From: Macrostomum lignano
Lineage: Eukaryota
Direction: 5' to 3'
NCBI GenBank assembly: GCA_002269645.1
Contig: NIVC01000914.1
Span: forward strand, 9,981 to 73,980
DNA: 64,000 bases
Shown here in pieces: positions 37,401 through 49,544 of this stretch (within the stretch, counting starts at the first letter, position 1; every line of letters begins with the position of its first letter). The position numbers and the translations under genes are program-made. The notes beneath the pieces were generated by a model. It worked only from the letters and a program-made list of their open reading frames with translations. It did no database searches and was not told the origin of the DNA.

Positions 37401-38200
37401 AGTAGCGGGACTCGGTGCTCAATGGAGTGGCTGAGTAGCGGGACTCGGTGCTCAATGAAGTGGCTGAGTAGCGGGACTCGGTGCTCAATGGAGTGGGTGA
37501 GTAGCGGGACTCGGTGCTCAATGTAGTGGCTGAGTTGCTCGGGTTGGCCACAGACTGGTCTTCAGCCACTCCTGCATCCGCAATCAAATTAGTATAGAAC
37601 AATCCTGCAGCACTTCTCACTCGTGTTTCCCCTAGAAGCAGCAACGCAGCCCTGACAATTCTCAAACTCAAACAAACCACCAACAGGCTGCCAGACTTGA
37701 GGAGGTGAAGCGCGAGGAGCACGAGCTGCTGGAGATCCGCAGCGAGCCTCTGCGCAACTACCTGATGAAGCACGTGATGCCCAACCTCACCAAGGGCCTC
37801 ATGGAGTGCGCCAAGGTTCGCCCAGACGACGCCATAGACTATCTGGTGAGTCAACTGGGGTATAGAAAATCCCATTTGTCTCGAATAGGAGAAAATGGGG
37901 AGTCGATTTTTCCCATCGATTTTTCCCTTTCCGTCTTCTTCCCCAGCTACTGCTCTCAGGACACTTAAAAAGCATGTGTTTTGAGCGAATGGGAATTGCC
38001 ACACGGCCGCACAGTTACTCCCAATGTTCCCAGTCATATAAACTCATTCCCTCATTTCCCTCCCGAGCTCATGCAAGGCGGAAGCGCCCTGATTTATCCA
38101 CTTTTTCCCTTGCCCAAAATCCGTAATCCCAAATCCAAACCAACCGTTTGCACTTTTCCAGGCCGAGTACTTGTTTAGGAACAACCCGCAAGTCGACTGA
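31431..38200 (+). CDS. AK7: Adenylate kinase 7 (NAD-binding-like N-terminus, AK domain, coiled coil, Dpy-30 motif), about 703 aa, 11 exons
   Basis: Exons 31431-31508, 31944-32123, 32214-32417, 32491-32601, 32820-33158, 34101-34379, 34500-34636, 34741-34841, 36484-36968, 37687-37845 and 38162-38200 (2112 nt, phases consistent). Motifs [67 protein letters not shown] and [12 protein letters not shown]. Confidence 0.96.
33690..33900 (-). mobile_element. Second decayed RTE-like RT fragment, in AK7 intron 5
   Basis: Shares gagtccgtcagcgtccaggtctcag and ggtctcgaccaccgcc with 1425-1480; remnants WTLTDSL, LRAAFK and NAALY. Confidence 0.7.
35515..36458. repeat. 33-bp quasi-palindromic minisatellite ACTGAGGAGTCGCTATAGATATCAGATCTATAA next to the AK7 exon 9 acceptor
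   Basis: Direct reading. Confidence 0.96.
36963..37530 (+). repeat. 33-bp minisatellite GAGTGG(G/C)TGAGTAGCGGGACTCGGTGCTCAATG whose unit includes the AK7 exon 9 donor
   Basis: About 17 copies; the first copy overlaps the exon end GAGTGG|GTGAGT. Confidence 0.96.
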
Positions 38201-38709
38201 TGAAGCACAGCAGGGCCACGGAAGCTGGACGCAAATTTTTCTCTGCACTTTTTGTTGCTTCGCTCCTGACGCGAACTCCGCTGTGTTTTTTGTACTAATT
38301 TATTAACCACCAGAAATTGCCCTCCGTTGACTTGCAGCCCGGGAATTGATGGCATGCTCGTACATTATTTATTATCTGTTGGACTTTTTCCCTCCCACTT
38401 GGGACGAGACCTGGCCCTCCTACCCTACAGCATGTAAGCCGACACTTACTGACTAAAATTAAATTACTCCCATTCACCAACATTCTATGAATATAGTCTC
38501 CCTTTGTATCTTAGAAATAGCGTATACTATAGCGTATTGATGTAATTGAACAAATGCATAGAATAAAAATGACTTCTCTGGCTACAGACGTTTGCTAAAC
38601 GTTTGCTTTTTCGATAAACGAGACATTCTCGACAAAATAGACATTTGCAATTAGAGGGGGAAATCAACTAATTCAATAAATTTAATGGCAAATTGGTGGG
38701 GCTGGCTCT

Positions 38710-40110
38710 TAAGATCGTGTGTACATTGTTGGGGTTGGTCCCAAGGATCGTGTGTACATTGGTGGGGTTGGTCCCAAGGATCGTGTGTACATTAGTGGGG
38801 TTGGTCCCAAGGATCGTGTGTACATTGGTGGGGTTGGTCCCAAGGATCGTGTGTACTTTGGTGGGGTTGGTCCCAAGGATCGTGTGTACATTGGTGGGGT
38901 TGGTCCCAAGGATCGTGTGTACATTAGTGGGGTTGGTCCCAAGGATCGTGTGTACATTGGTGGGGTTGGTCCCAAGGATCGTGTGTACATTGGTGGGGTT
39001 GGTCCCAAGGATCGTGTGTACATTGGTGGGGTTGGTCCCAAGGATCGTGTGTACATTGTTGGGGTTGGTCCCAAGGATCGTGTGTACATTGGTGGGGTTG
39101 GTCCCAAGGATCGTGTGTACATTGGTGGGGTTGGTCCCAAAGATCGTGTGTACATTGGTGGGGTTGGTCCCAAGGTTCGTGTGTACATTGGTGGGGTTGG
39201 TCCCAAAGATCGTGTGTACATTGGTGGGGTTGGTCCCAAGGATCGTGTGTACATTGAGGGGGTTGGTACCAAGGATCGTGTGTACATTGGTGGGGTTGGT
39301 CCCAAGGATCGTGTGTACATTGATGGGGTTGGTACCAAGGATCGTGTGTACATTGGTGGGGTTGGTCCCAAAGATCGTGTGTACATTGGTGGGGTTGGTC
39401 CCAAGGTTCGTGTGTACATTGATGGGGTTGGTCCCAAGGATCGTGTGTACATTGGTGGGGTTGGCTCCAAGTATCGTGTGTACATTGGTGGGGTTGGTCC
39501 CAAGGATCGTGTGTACATTGGTGGGGTTGGCTCCAAGTATCGTGTGTACATTGATGGGGTTGGTCCCAAGGATCGTGTGTACATTGGTGGGGTTGGTACC
39601 AAGGATCGTGTGTACATTGATGGGGTTGGCTCCAAGTATCGTGTGTACATTGGTGGGGTTGGTCCCAAGGATCGTGTGTACATTGGTGGGGTTGGCTCCA
39701 AGTATCGTGTGTACATTGATGGGGTTGGTCCCAAGGATCGTGTGTACATTGGTGGGGTTGGTCCCAAGGATCGTGTGTACATTGGTGGGGTTGGTCCCAA
39801 GTATCGTGTGTACATTGGTGGGGTTGGTCCCAAGGATCGTGTGTACATTGGTGGGGTTGGCTCCAAGTATCGTGTGTACATTGATGGGGTTGGCTCCAAG
39901 TATCGTGTGTACATTGGTGGGGTTGGTCCCAAGGATCGTGTGTACATTGGTGGGGTTGGCTCCAAGTATCGTGTGTACATTGGTGGGGTTGGTCCCAAGG
40001 ATCGTGTGTACATTGGTGGGGTTGGCTCCAAGTATCGTGTGTACATTGGTGGGGTTGGCTCCAAGTATTGTGTGTACATTGGTGGGGTTGGCTCCAAGTA
40101 TTGTGTGTAC
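38710..40110. repeat. 33-bp minisatellite GGTGGGGTTGGTCCCAAGGATCGTGTGTACATT
   Basis: Direct reading; source of four spurious ORFs longer than 400 aa. Confidence 0.97.
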
Positions 40111-40849
40111 GTGTGTGGTGTTTTACAGAGTTAAATAAATCACGCAAGAGAATTTATTTAACATTTTTATCTCAACATAGAATATATTTAACACAGGATT
40201 ATGTTAATATATATTTTTATAAGAACTCCAAAACTAATTAGGCGATTTTGTTGACAGATTTATTGCACGACCCAGACAATTTCGAATTTTTAAGAGAATT
40301 ACGATCTGATCCCATACAGCACTAAATACTTCCGCATGCCTCTCTCAACTGTTTAAGCTAAAAAGCAGGGGTCACAAATCAGCAAAGCTCTCTAGCAAAC
40401 TGTGACTAAATAGTCGGGTAAAAGCATCTGGGAAGAACGATTTTGAAGACACGGTGAGAAAGAGAAAGATGGAGAGAGCTGGCTACGCACAATGACCACT
40501 GTTAGACTAAGCACGGAACCGATTCAAATCTAATGGGGATCTGGCTATACGTACATTTTGGCGCTTGACTATTATTATGAATATTATGAGAATTTGATGA
40601 CGCAACAGAATAAGCATCAATCTTTCATTGGACGATGTAAAGGGCGCGAATAGGCGGTGCAGTTCAAGTGTGAATCTGCTACGCAATGGTCGAGAGACTG
40701 TGCAATGCACTGTTATAATTTACACAATCTATACATGCAAGAGTATGTCGTAGCTTCTAAAAAATAGCGACCGCCGAAAAGGGCTAAAAGTACAAATAAA
40801 AAAATGGCAATTATATTTGCTTATGAGTACTGAAGAGCTTGAGGCGGGT

Positions 40850-41740
40850 ATGGTCCAGTGTACATTAGAGTTAGGTGGGATTGGCCAAATGGTCCAGTGT
40901 ACATTGGAGTGACGTGGGGTTAGCCAAATGGTCCAGTGTACATTGGCGTGAGATGGGGTTGTTCAATGGTCCAGTGTACAGTGGCGTGGGGTGGGGTTGG
41001 TCAATGGTCCAGTGTACATTGGAGCGAAGCAGGGTTGGCCAATGGTCCAGTGTACATTGGAGCGAAGCAGGGTTGGCCAATGGTCCAGTGTACATTGGAG
41101 CGAAGCAGGGTTGGCCAATGGTCCAGTGTACATTGGAGCGAAGCAGGGTTGGCCAATGGTCCAGTGTACATTGGAGCGAAGCAGGGTTGGCCAATGGTCC
41201 AGTGTACATTGGCGTGGATGGGGTTGGTCAATGGTCCAGTGTACATTGGATTGAGGTGGGTTTGGCCAATGGTCCAGTGTACATTGGCGTGAGGGTGGGT
41301 TGGTCAATGTTCAAGTATACATTGGCGTGAGGTGGGGTTGGCCAATGGTCCAGTGTACATTGGATTGAGTGGGTTTGGCCAATGGTCCAGTGTACATTGG
41401 CGTGAGGGTGGGTTGGTCAATGGTCAAGTATACATTGGCGTGAGGGTGGGTTGGTCAATGGTCAAGTATACATTGGCGTGAGGTGGGGTTGGCCAATGGT
41501 CCAGTGTACATTGGATTGAGTGGGGTTGGCCAATGGTCAAGTGTACATTGGCGTGAGGTGGGGTTGGTCAATGGTCAAGTGTACATTGGAGTGAGGTGGG
41601 GTTGGTCAATGGTCAAGTGTACATTGGAGTGAGGTGGGGTTGGCCAATGGTCAAGTGTACATTGGCTTGGATGGGGTTGGTCAATGGTCCAGTGTACATT
41701 GGAGTGAGGTGGGGTTGGTCAATGGTCCAGTGTACATTGA
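40850..41740. repeat. About 38-bp minisatellite GGTCCAGTGTACATTGGAGCGAAGCAGGGTTGGCCAAT (block A copy)
   Basis: Direct reading. Confidence 0.93.
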
Positions 41741-42409
41741 TGTTGGGCTGTTCCAAAGGCAATTTTAGCACAATGCCAAACTCCCATGCCTATAATAACC
41801 AATAAAAACACGAATCAGTGTCCGGACACAACGAATAGGAAAGCATGGAAAAGTAAAAAAAGAACTGGGAGAACAAAAACTATTTTAAAAAAACACACAC
41901 ATAAGCACTGGATTAGCGCAGTCTGATGCAAATGAAAAAATATTTCAGCCGACAAATAAATAGCATTTCTTGTCCAAGCAACTTTTTCTTACACAGAGAC
42001 TGTAATATAGGAGAATGAGCAATTTGCAGCTAGTGCCGAAATTTTCAATAGTTGCGGCAGCGACAAATATAATAGCAAGGCAACAAAAAGGCGTTTGTTA
42101 AATAGAACAATTTACATGCAGACACAAGTGCTTTAGATAAGGAAAACCCATAGCCAGTTGTCAAAGGTAACGAGAATGAAATCTGTATGGGCCTGAGTAG
42201 GCGGCAATATCTGTCAGCGCTTTATGGATCTGTAATTTTGCGCAACAACCTCTGTCTCGGATTGTGTTAAAATTACAGGTGAACCGTGAAGACTGGAGAT
42301 TGAGATTACTTCAAGCGCTTCTGGCTACACCTCCTCATTTAGTCATAAAACTGCTTTGCTGCGTCTGAAAGAGAATTCGCCGCAAGAGTACACAAAGTTC
42401 AGGAAAGAG

Positions 42410-43090
42410 AGGCGGGGAAGGGAGAGAGGCAGAGGGGAAGGGGAGAGGCAGAGGGGAAGGGGAGAGGCAGAGGGGAAGGGGAGAGGCAGAGGGGAAGGGG
42501 AGAGGCAGAGGGGAAGGGAGAGAGGCAGAGGGGAAGGGGAGAGGCAGAGGGGAAGGGGAGAGGCAGAGTGGAAGGGGAGAGGCAGAGGGGAAGGGGAGAG
42601 GCAGAGGGGAAGGGGAGAGGCAGAGGAGAGACAGGGAAAGGGAGGGCGACGGGGGGACAGGGAGAGAGGAAGAGAGGGGGAGAGAGGGGAGAGAGGGGAA
42701 GGGAGAGGGTAAAGGAGAGAGGGAGAGGAGAGAGGGAGGGGGAGTGAGAGGGGGAGAGAGGGTGGAGATGGAGAGGAGAGAGGGAGGGGGAGGGAAAGGA
42801 GGAGAGAGGGAGGGAGAGGGAAAGGAGGAGAGAGGGAGGGAGAGGGAAAGGAGGAGAGAGGGAGGGAGAGGGAAAGGAGGAGAGAGGGAGGGAGAGGGAA
42901 AGGAGGAGAGAGGGAGGGAGAGGGAAAGGAGGAGAGAGGGAGGGGAGGGAAAGGAGGAGAGAGGGAGGGAGAGGGAAAGGAGGAGAGAGGGAGGGAGAGG
43001 GAAAGGAGGAGAGAGGGAGGGAGAGGGAAAGGAGGAGAGAGGGAGGGAGAGGGAAAGGAGGAGAGAGGGAGGGAGAGGGAAAGGAGAGAG
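42410..43090. repeat. GA-rich polypurine tract 3' of BTBD7 (block A)
   Basis: Direct reading. Confidence 0.93.
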
Positions 43091-44039
43091 GAACACAGAT
43101 GAATCGATGACAGGAAGCAACGTGTTGTCCTCCGCTGAGAGCATCTCTGCAGTGCTAGTGAAATGTTACAGTTTGAAAATTGCGCAACTATTTGGGCGCA
43201 ACAAAGCCAAGGCTCCGCCCGCCCGCCCAGCCAGCCAGCCAGCCAGCCAATCAAGCGTGGAAGGCAACGTCGGGCAGGCGGCCCGGCAGGAGGGCGGCGG
43301 CGGAATCCGGCAGGCCGAACTCGCGCACGGCCCACAGCTGCGCCTGCCTGTGCAGGGCGGCCCGGTCGGCGGCCGGCAGGAGGCCAGCCCGGACGAACAG
43401 GCTGCCGGAGAGCAGCTCCTGGACACGGCGGAGCAGGCTGGCCGCGGTGGCCGGATCGATTGGCGAACAGCCGGGCGGCAGGGTGGCCACGAGGTCCGGG
43501 CCGCCGCCGCCGTGGCCGCCCCACAGACCCGCAGCGGCGGCGGCAGCGGAAGCCGCGTCTGGCGGCGCAACGGCGGCCGGCTGCGGACTGGCCGGTAGAC
43601 GGCGCGGCGGCTCCGGCGGGCACTGAGCCAAAGTGAGGTCGCGGGTTCGATCGCTGAGCACGGAGCGAATCTCCTCAAGATGCGGAGCGAACAGCCTGGG
43701 ATGCCGATAGCCACCGTCGGATCCGCCGCCGCCGCCGGCGTGCAGCCAGGCGGCCGGCCGGGACAGCCCGGCGTCCTTCGGCAGCAGCTTCCGCCTGACG
43801 GCCTCCTGCAGGCTGTCAGGGCACAGCAAGTGCTCCAATCGGAGTCCCTGTGACACCAGGTCGCCCAGCACAGAGGACAGCTCCTCTGAGGCCGCCGCTG
43901 CCGCTGCTGAACCGGCGGCTCGCTTCTGCCTGCCGCTGGACAAACCGCCCCCACCGCCAGTTTTGCGCGAGAAGCCTGCAGGTGCGCCCGTCTGTTGCGA
44001 CTCTGGATATGGAGATGGGGATGGGGGTTGCTAGGAAAG

Positions 44040-44310
44040 AGGAGCGATCCTTGATGAAGCTGGAGGCTGAGGGGCGAATATTGATGGAGCTAGAGGCTGA
44101 GGGGCGATTCCTAATAAATCTGGAGGCTAAGGGCGATTCTTGATGAAGCTGGAGGCTAAAGGGCGATTATAGATTAAGCTGGAGGCTGAGGGGCGATTCT
44201 TGATGGAGCTGGAGGCTAAGGGGCAATTCTTGATGGAGCTGGAGGCTGAAACGGCGATTCTTGATGGAGCTGGAGGCTGAAAGGGCGATTCTTGATGGAG
44301 CTGGAGATGT
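44040..44310. repeat. About 30-bp degenerate repeat CTTGATGGAGCTGGAGGCTGAGGGGCGATT (second copy about 54370-54570)
   Basis: Direct reading. Confidence 0.85.
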
Positions 44311-45114
44311 AGAGCAATCCTCCAGGAAGCAGGAGGTAGGGGGTTGGGGCGATTTTTGCTTGGAATGAAGGACAAATTTTAGTGGAAATTGATGGCTCTA
44401 AATCGAACTTCCCCAGAGAGTGATTTTCTCAATCAAAGTGCCTCAGCTTAGCTTGTTATCTCAACAAAAAATCAGATACCAGTTCTATCGCTAATTAGCC
44501 CCAAGCTTAGCCATTCATCTCTTGTCTCCTCAGGGAGGGGGGCAGTCTACGCCCCCACAGTTTAACCGGCCATGCAGGTAAACACAGCGGGGCAGTTAAC
44601 TAACTAACCCCAGCTTCCCCCATCTCTCTCCATCCTTCCTCCCTCAATTCCGCTTCTCCATCTCATTCATTATAAATTTTGCAGCGCCAACAAGCGGCGG
44701 TGCGCCTCTGTGTCAAAACCGCGCCGGCTTCTCAAGCAATTAAAAGAGCGCCAGGCTTCAACCCTAAGCCAGGTGCAGGTAGGCGTAGCATTAGTGCAGC
44801 TCAATAGCTGCTTAGAAGCCGTTCAAAGGGAATAACAGGAGAGGGATCCCCTTTCTAGGCTTGGCTGTTTTTGAAGAAAAAAACGACTTTTAAACATCAA
44901 CTGTTCCGTTAGCGAAAGTGCAAGCGGTAGTTTAGCGCTTCTAGCTGTTCTGTTCCTTGCATAATTAGGGTAGTGTTTTTTGCCACGGCGAAAATTTTAC
45001 TTTAATTTGAATTCCATCTATCCACGTACACTAAAATTGAGTTGCTTCTAGGTATCCATGGGGATTTCAAGGGGTCAGCTGTCCGCTTATCATCTTGGTC
45101 ATGTTTCTTGGGGA

Positions 45115-45750
45115 AAAATCTAGTCGATGGCGCTAAAATCTAGTCTGTGGCGCTAAAATCTAGTCTATGGCGCTAAAATCTAGTCTGTGGCGCTAAAATC
45201 TAGTGTCTGTGGCGCTAAAATCTAGCCGATGGCGCTAAAATCTAGTATATGGCGCTAAAATGGCGCTATAATCTAGCCTGTAGCGCTAAAATCTAGTCGA
45301 TTGCGCTAAAATCTAGTTTAGGAACAAAAATCTAGTCTGTGGCGCTAAAATCTAGTCTGTGGCACCAAAATCTAGTCTGTGGCGCTAAAATCTAGCCGAT
45401 GGCGCTAAAATCTAGTCTGTGGCGCTAAAATCTAGTCTGTGGCACCAAAAGCTAGTCTGTGGCGCTAAAATCTAATCTGTAGTGCTAAAATCTAGTCTAT
45501 GGCGCTAAAATGGCGCTATAATCTAGCCTGTAGCGCTAAAATCTAGTCGATTGCGCTAAAATCTAGTTTAGGAACAAAAATCTAGTCTGTGGCGCTAAAA
45601 TCTAGCCGATGGCGCTAAAATCTAGTCTGTGGCGCTAAAATCTAGTCTGTGGCACCAAAAGCTAGTCTGTGGCGCTAAAATCTAATCTGTAGTGCTAAAA
45701 TCTAGTCGATGGCGCTAAAATCTAGTCTGTGGAGCTAAAATCTAGTCGAC
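45115..45750. repeat. 20-bp minisatellite TGGCGCTAAAATCTAGTCTG (block A)
   Basis: Direct reading. Confidence 0.93.
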
Positions 45751-46301
45751 GGTTAGAAAACTAAAAACTAAGTGGTTAATTAACGAGACTTAGGACTGCG
45801 ACTGGCGCAACTTTTACCAGACATTCGACAGAAAGAAAGCAAAGCTTATTGCTTTACTAACAGACCACGTGACCTTAAACTGCGCGTAGCAGATAGCAAA
45901 ACTCGTTAGTAGGACGTGAATCTCCCAAATCCATTGGCAGTCCCGCCATAAATTATGGCCGAAAGCAGCAGTTCGGCATTTGATTCGCTATTTCTGTTGA
46001 AGCAATAAAATCCGCAGACTACAGACGCGATTGGCAAGCAAGGCAGCAGCAGGTAGGAGCAGAAAATTTTCCAGAACAGTAGTCAATCTTGACATCGCCT
46101 TGTTTACTTTATACATCTCGCCTCACTCTGGCTCCCCTCCATAACACGCGCAGACGCCATGATTGATGAGGGAGGTGGTTAGGGCCAGTCCAGCATCCCG
46201 GAACACCTCATCAAGTGCCTTCTTTGCCAAGTACAAGAGAAACAAACTGGGGTATAAAAGTGCGGCCAGTTGCCGAAGAGAAGATCATTAACTGGCAAGA
46301 T

Positions 46302-46550
46302 GTTAAGCCTAGTGGTCAGAGCGTCGGACTCGCGACTGGAAGGTCTGGGGTTCGATTCTCGGCCCACTCGGAACAATTTGTGTCCTTGAGCAAGACACTT
46401 AACTCTGCATTGCTTCAGTTCACCCAGCTGTAAAATGGGTGCCAGCATTAGCTGGGATAATTGAGGGTGTGTGTGGCAACCCCCAGTCCTTGGACTGAAC
46501 AGCCGTACGCAGCCTTCAGATGCGCCACGCAATAGCTGCGGCTGAGCTGT
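46302..46550 (+). mobile_element. tRNA-derived CORE-type SINE (block A)
   Basis: A box TAGTGGTCAGAGCG and B box GGTTCGATTC, followed by GTGTCCTTGAGCAAGACACTTAACTC...CAGTTCACCCAGCTGTAAAATGGG, which resembles the MIR/CORE domain. Confidence 0.85.
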
Positions 46551-46989
46551 CGGTTATTATGGCGAGTGTAGTAAAAAACAACTCGTACTGGACAACCTTC
46601 TTATCTAAAGTCAACTCATGATGCTCCAGCCTTACCAAATAAGTTAGCTAAGGTCACCGAATCCGCAAAAATATCAAGTCAGTCGTGTCCATCGAAGTAA
46701 AATAATTTTAGGGTTAATTAGGGTCACGAAAGCAAAGAAGCCTAGGACATTTAAGGTCATACAAACCATTGAAATTCTATCCTAAGGTCAGTTAGGGTCA
46801 TCAAACCCGGGAATCTTCGGGTCATTAGGGTGACCGAACCATAAAATCCTGGGGTTATTTAAGGTCACAGAAACCTCGCAGAGCCATAGGGTCAATTAGA
46901 GCCACCGAAACTAAGCATTCAAGGGTCAGTTAGGGTCACCGAACTCCGATATCCTAGGGTCCATTAGGGTTTTTCAAAACGCGAGAATC

Positions 46990-47385
46990 TTCGAGTTAAT
47001 TAGGGTCACCGAACCACAGCATCCCTGGGTCAGTTAGGGTCACCGAACCCCAGATCCAGGGTCAGTAAGGGTCACCGAACCCCAGATCCAGGGTCAGTTA
47101 AGGTCACCGAACCACAGCATCCAGGGTCAGTTAAGGTCACCAAACCACATCACCCAGGGTCAGTTAAGGTCACCGAACCACAGCATCCAGGGTCAGTTAG
47201 GGTCACCGAACCCCAGCATCCCAGGGTCAGTTAGGGTCACCGAACCCCAGATCCAGGGTCAGTAAGGGTCACCGAACCCCAGATCCAGGGTCAGTTAGGG
47301 TTACCGAACCCCAGATCCAGGGTCAGTTAAGGTCACCGAACCACATCACCCAGGGTCATTTAGGGTCACCGAACCACAGCATCCA
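46990..47385. repeat. About 30-33-bp TTAGGGTCACCGAACC-core minisatellite at the BTBD7 intron 3 donor end (second copy about 59130-59400)
   Basis: Direct reading. Confidence 0.88.
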
Positions 47386-47834
47386 GGGTCCATCTCGTAG
47401 ACATACCCGCGGCAATTTCGGCAGCCCTGGCGGCCACCTGCGCCTCGCCCCAGGCGATGAGGGCGCTCAGCACGTCAGACTCGGCCGCTTGTAGAAAGTC
47501 GGACCGCAGAGCGGCCAGCAGCTCCCGGCGGCTCAGCTGAGTCAGCACACGCGGCGCCTGGACGGCTAGCGCGGCGAATTCCTCGCACAGGAACAGGCGC
47601 GCCTGTCGGTGGACCCAGGCGGAACCGGTGCCGGCGCCGGACCAGTCCAGGACAGGCACCAGGGTGTCCGGGCACAGGGACTCCACCAGTAGGTCTTCAC
47701 TAGCCCGGGTGAGACAGGGCAGCTCAAGGAAACGGCCAATCTCGTGCAGATCCATCAGGTCCTGGGCATGAGCAGACGGAGGGTCACTGATACTACCGGC
47801 TAAGTAACTGCGGAACGAGCAACCCAATCTACCC

Positions 47835-48212
47835 GAATGCAAAACAAAGACTACTCCAACAGACAAAACAAAGACTACTCCAAAAACTGAAACCAAGGCT
47901 ACTTCACAAGTCAAAACAAAGACTACTCTAAAAGACAAAACAAAGACTACTCTAAAAGACAAAACAAAGACTACTCTAAAAGACAAAACAAAGACTACTC
48001 CAAAAACTGAAACCAAGGCTACTTCACAAGTCAAAACAAAGACTACACTAAAAGACAAAACAAAGACTACTCTAAAAGACAAAACAAAGACTACTCCAAA
48101 AACTGAAACCAAGGCTACTTCAAAAGCCGAAACCAAGACTACTTCAAAAGACAAAACAAAGACTACCCAAAAAGCCAAAACAAAGACAACTTCAAAAGCC
48201 AAAAACAAAGAC
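47835..48212. repeat. A-rich repeat (AAAACAAAGACTACT-like) in BTBD7 intron 2 (shorter copy about 59850-60080)
   Basis: Direct reading. Confidence 0.88.
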
Positions 48213-48321
48213 TCACCCGCAGTGCCAGGCAGTCGGGCAGGCGGTCGGTGTACAGGCAGGTCAGCATAGCCGGCGCCAGGCGGCGCGGCAGCACAGCCTC
48301 GTCGAGCACCAGCGCCAAAGG

Positions 48322-48710
48322 TGGGGTTGGTCCCAAGGATCGTGTGTACATTGGTGGGGTTGGTCCCAAGTATCGTGTGTACATTGATGGGGTTGGTACC
48401 AAGGATCGTGTGTACATTGGTGGGGTTGGTCCCAAGGATCGTGTGTACATTGGTGGGGTTGGTCCCAAGGATCGTGTGTACATTTGTGGGGTTGGTCCCA
48501 AGGATCGTGTGTACATTGGTGGGGTTGATCCCAAGGATCGTGTACATTGGTGGGGTTGGTCCCAAGGATCGTGTGTACATTGATGGGGTTGGTCCCAAGG
48601 ATCGTGTGTACATTGGTGGGGTTGGTCCCAAGGATCGTGTGTACATTGGTGGGGTTGGTCCCAAGGATCGTGTGTACATTGGTGGGGTTGGCTCCAAGTA
48701 TTGTGTGTAC
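48322..48710. repeat. Partial copy of the 33-bp GGTGGGGTTGGTCCCAAGG satellite at the duplication junction
   Basis: Direct reading. Confidence 0.95.
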
Positions 48711-49140
48711 GTGTGTGGTGTTTTACAGAGTTAAATAAATCACGCAAGAGAATTTATTTAACATTTTTATCTCAACATAGAATATATTTAACACAGGATT
48801 ATGTTAATATATATTTTTATAAGAACTCCAAAACTAATTAGGCGATTTTGTTGACAGATTTATTGCACGACCCAGACAATTTCGAATTTTTAAGAGAATT
48901 ACGATCTGATCCCATACAGCACTAAATACTTCCGCATGCCTCTCTCAACTGTTTAAGCTAAAAAGCAGGGGTCACAAATCAGCAAAGCTCTCTAGCAAAC
49001 TGTGACTAAATAGTCGGGTAAAAGCATCTGGGAAGAACGATTTTGAAGACACGGTGAGAAAGAGAAAGATGGAGAGAGCTGGCTACGCACAATGACCACT
49101 GTTAGACTAAGCACGGAACCGATTCAAATCTAATGGGGAT

Positions 49141-49220
49141 CACAGTCGAAGGCTTTTATAGTTAGTTAAGTTTCCGACTATTCTTAAAACCTTCAAACAG
49201 ATTCCCAGAGATTTGCAGTG
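49141..49220. mobile_element. 80-bp insertion with CAC...GTG termini and GAT 3-bp duplication, absent from block A
   Basis: Block A 40531-40550 reads taatggggat|ctggct; block B reads taatggggat[cacagtc...tgcagtg]gatcttggct. Confidence 0.6.
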
Positions 49221-49544
49221 GATCTTGGCTATACGTACATTTTGGCGCTTGACTAATATTATGATTATTATGAATATTATGAGAATTTGATGACGCAACA
49301 GAATAAGCATCAATCTTTCATTGGACGATGTAAAGGGCGCGAATAGGCGGTGCAGTTCAAGTGTGAATCTGCTACGCGATGGTCGAGAGACTGTGCAATG
49401 CACTGTTATAATTTACACAATCTATACATGCAAGAGTATGTCGTAGCTTCTAAAAAATAGCGACCGCCGAAAAGGGCTAAAAGTACAAATTAAAAAATGG
49501 CAATTATATTTGCTTATGAGTAATGAAGAGCTTGAGGCGGGTAT

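Larger units (their letters stand above)
43251..48321 (-). pseudogene. BTBD7: 5'-truncated duplicate of BTBD7: 3' part of exon 2 (48217-48321), exon 3 (47407-47761), exon 4 (43251-43975)
   Basis: The exon 4 translation is identical to the full copy and the splice sites are intact. Exon 2 is broken at 48321, where it joins the 33-mer satellite; there is no exon 1 or ATG. Confidence 0.85.

Noticed and set aside
38693-40147. Four overlapping ORFs of 407-481 aa
   Set aside because: They are translations of a stop-free 33-bp tandem repeat on both strands, with no unique domain or splice context.
42335-43636. Long Arg/Gly/Glu-rich and Pro/Ser/Leu-rich ORFs (also 52539-53957)
   Set aside because: They come from the GA polypurine tract and from alternative frames or the antisense of GC-rich BTBD7 exon 4.
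46305-46375. tRNA-like sequence with A and B boxes (also at 56575)
   Set aside because: It continues into a CORE-like SINE body and shows no convincing acceptor stem, so it is called a SINE head, not a tRNA gene.
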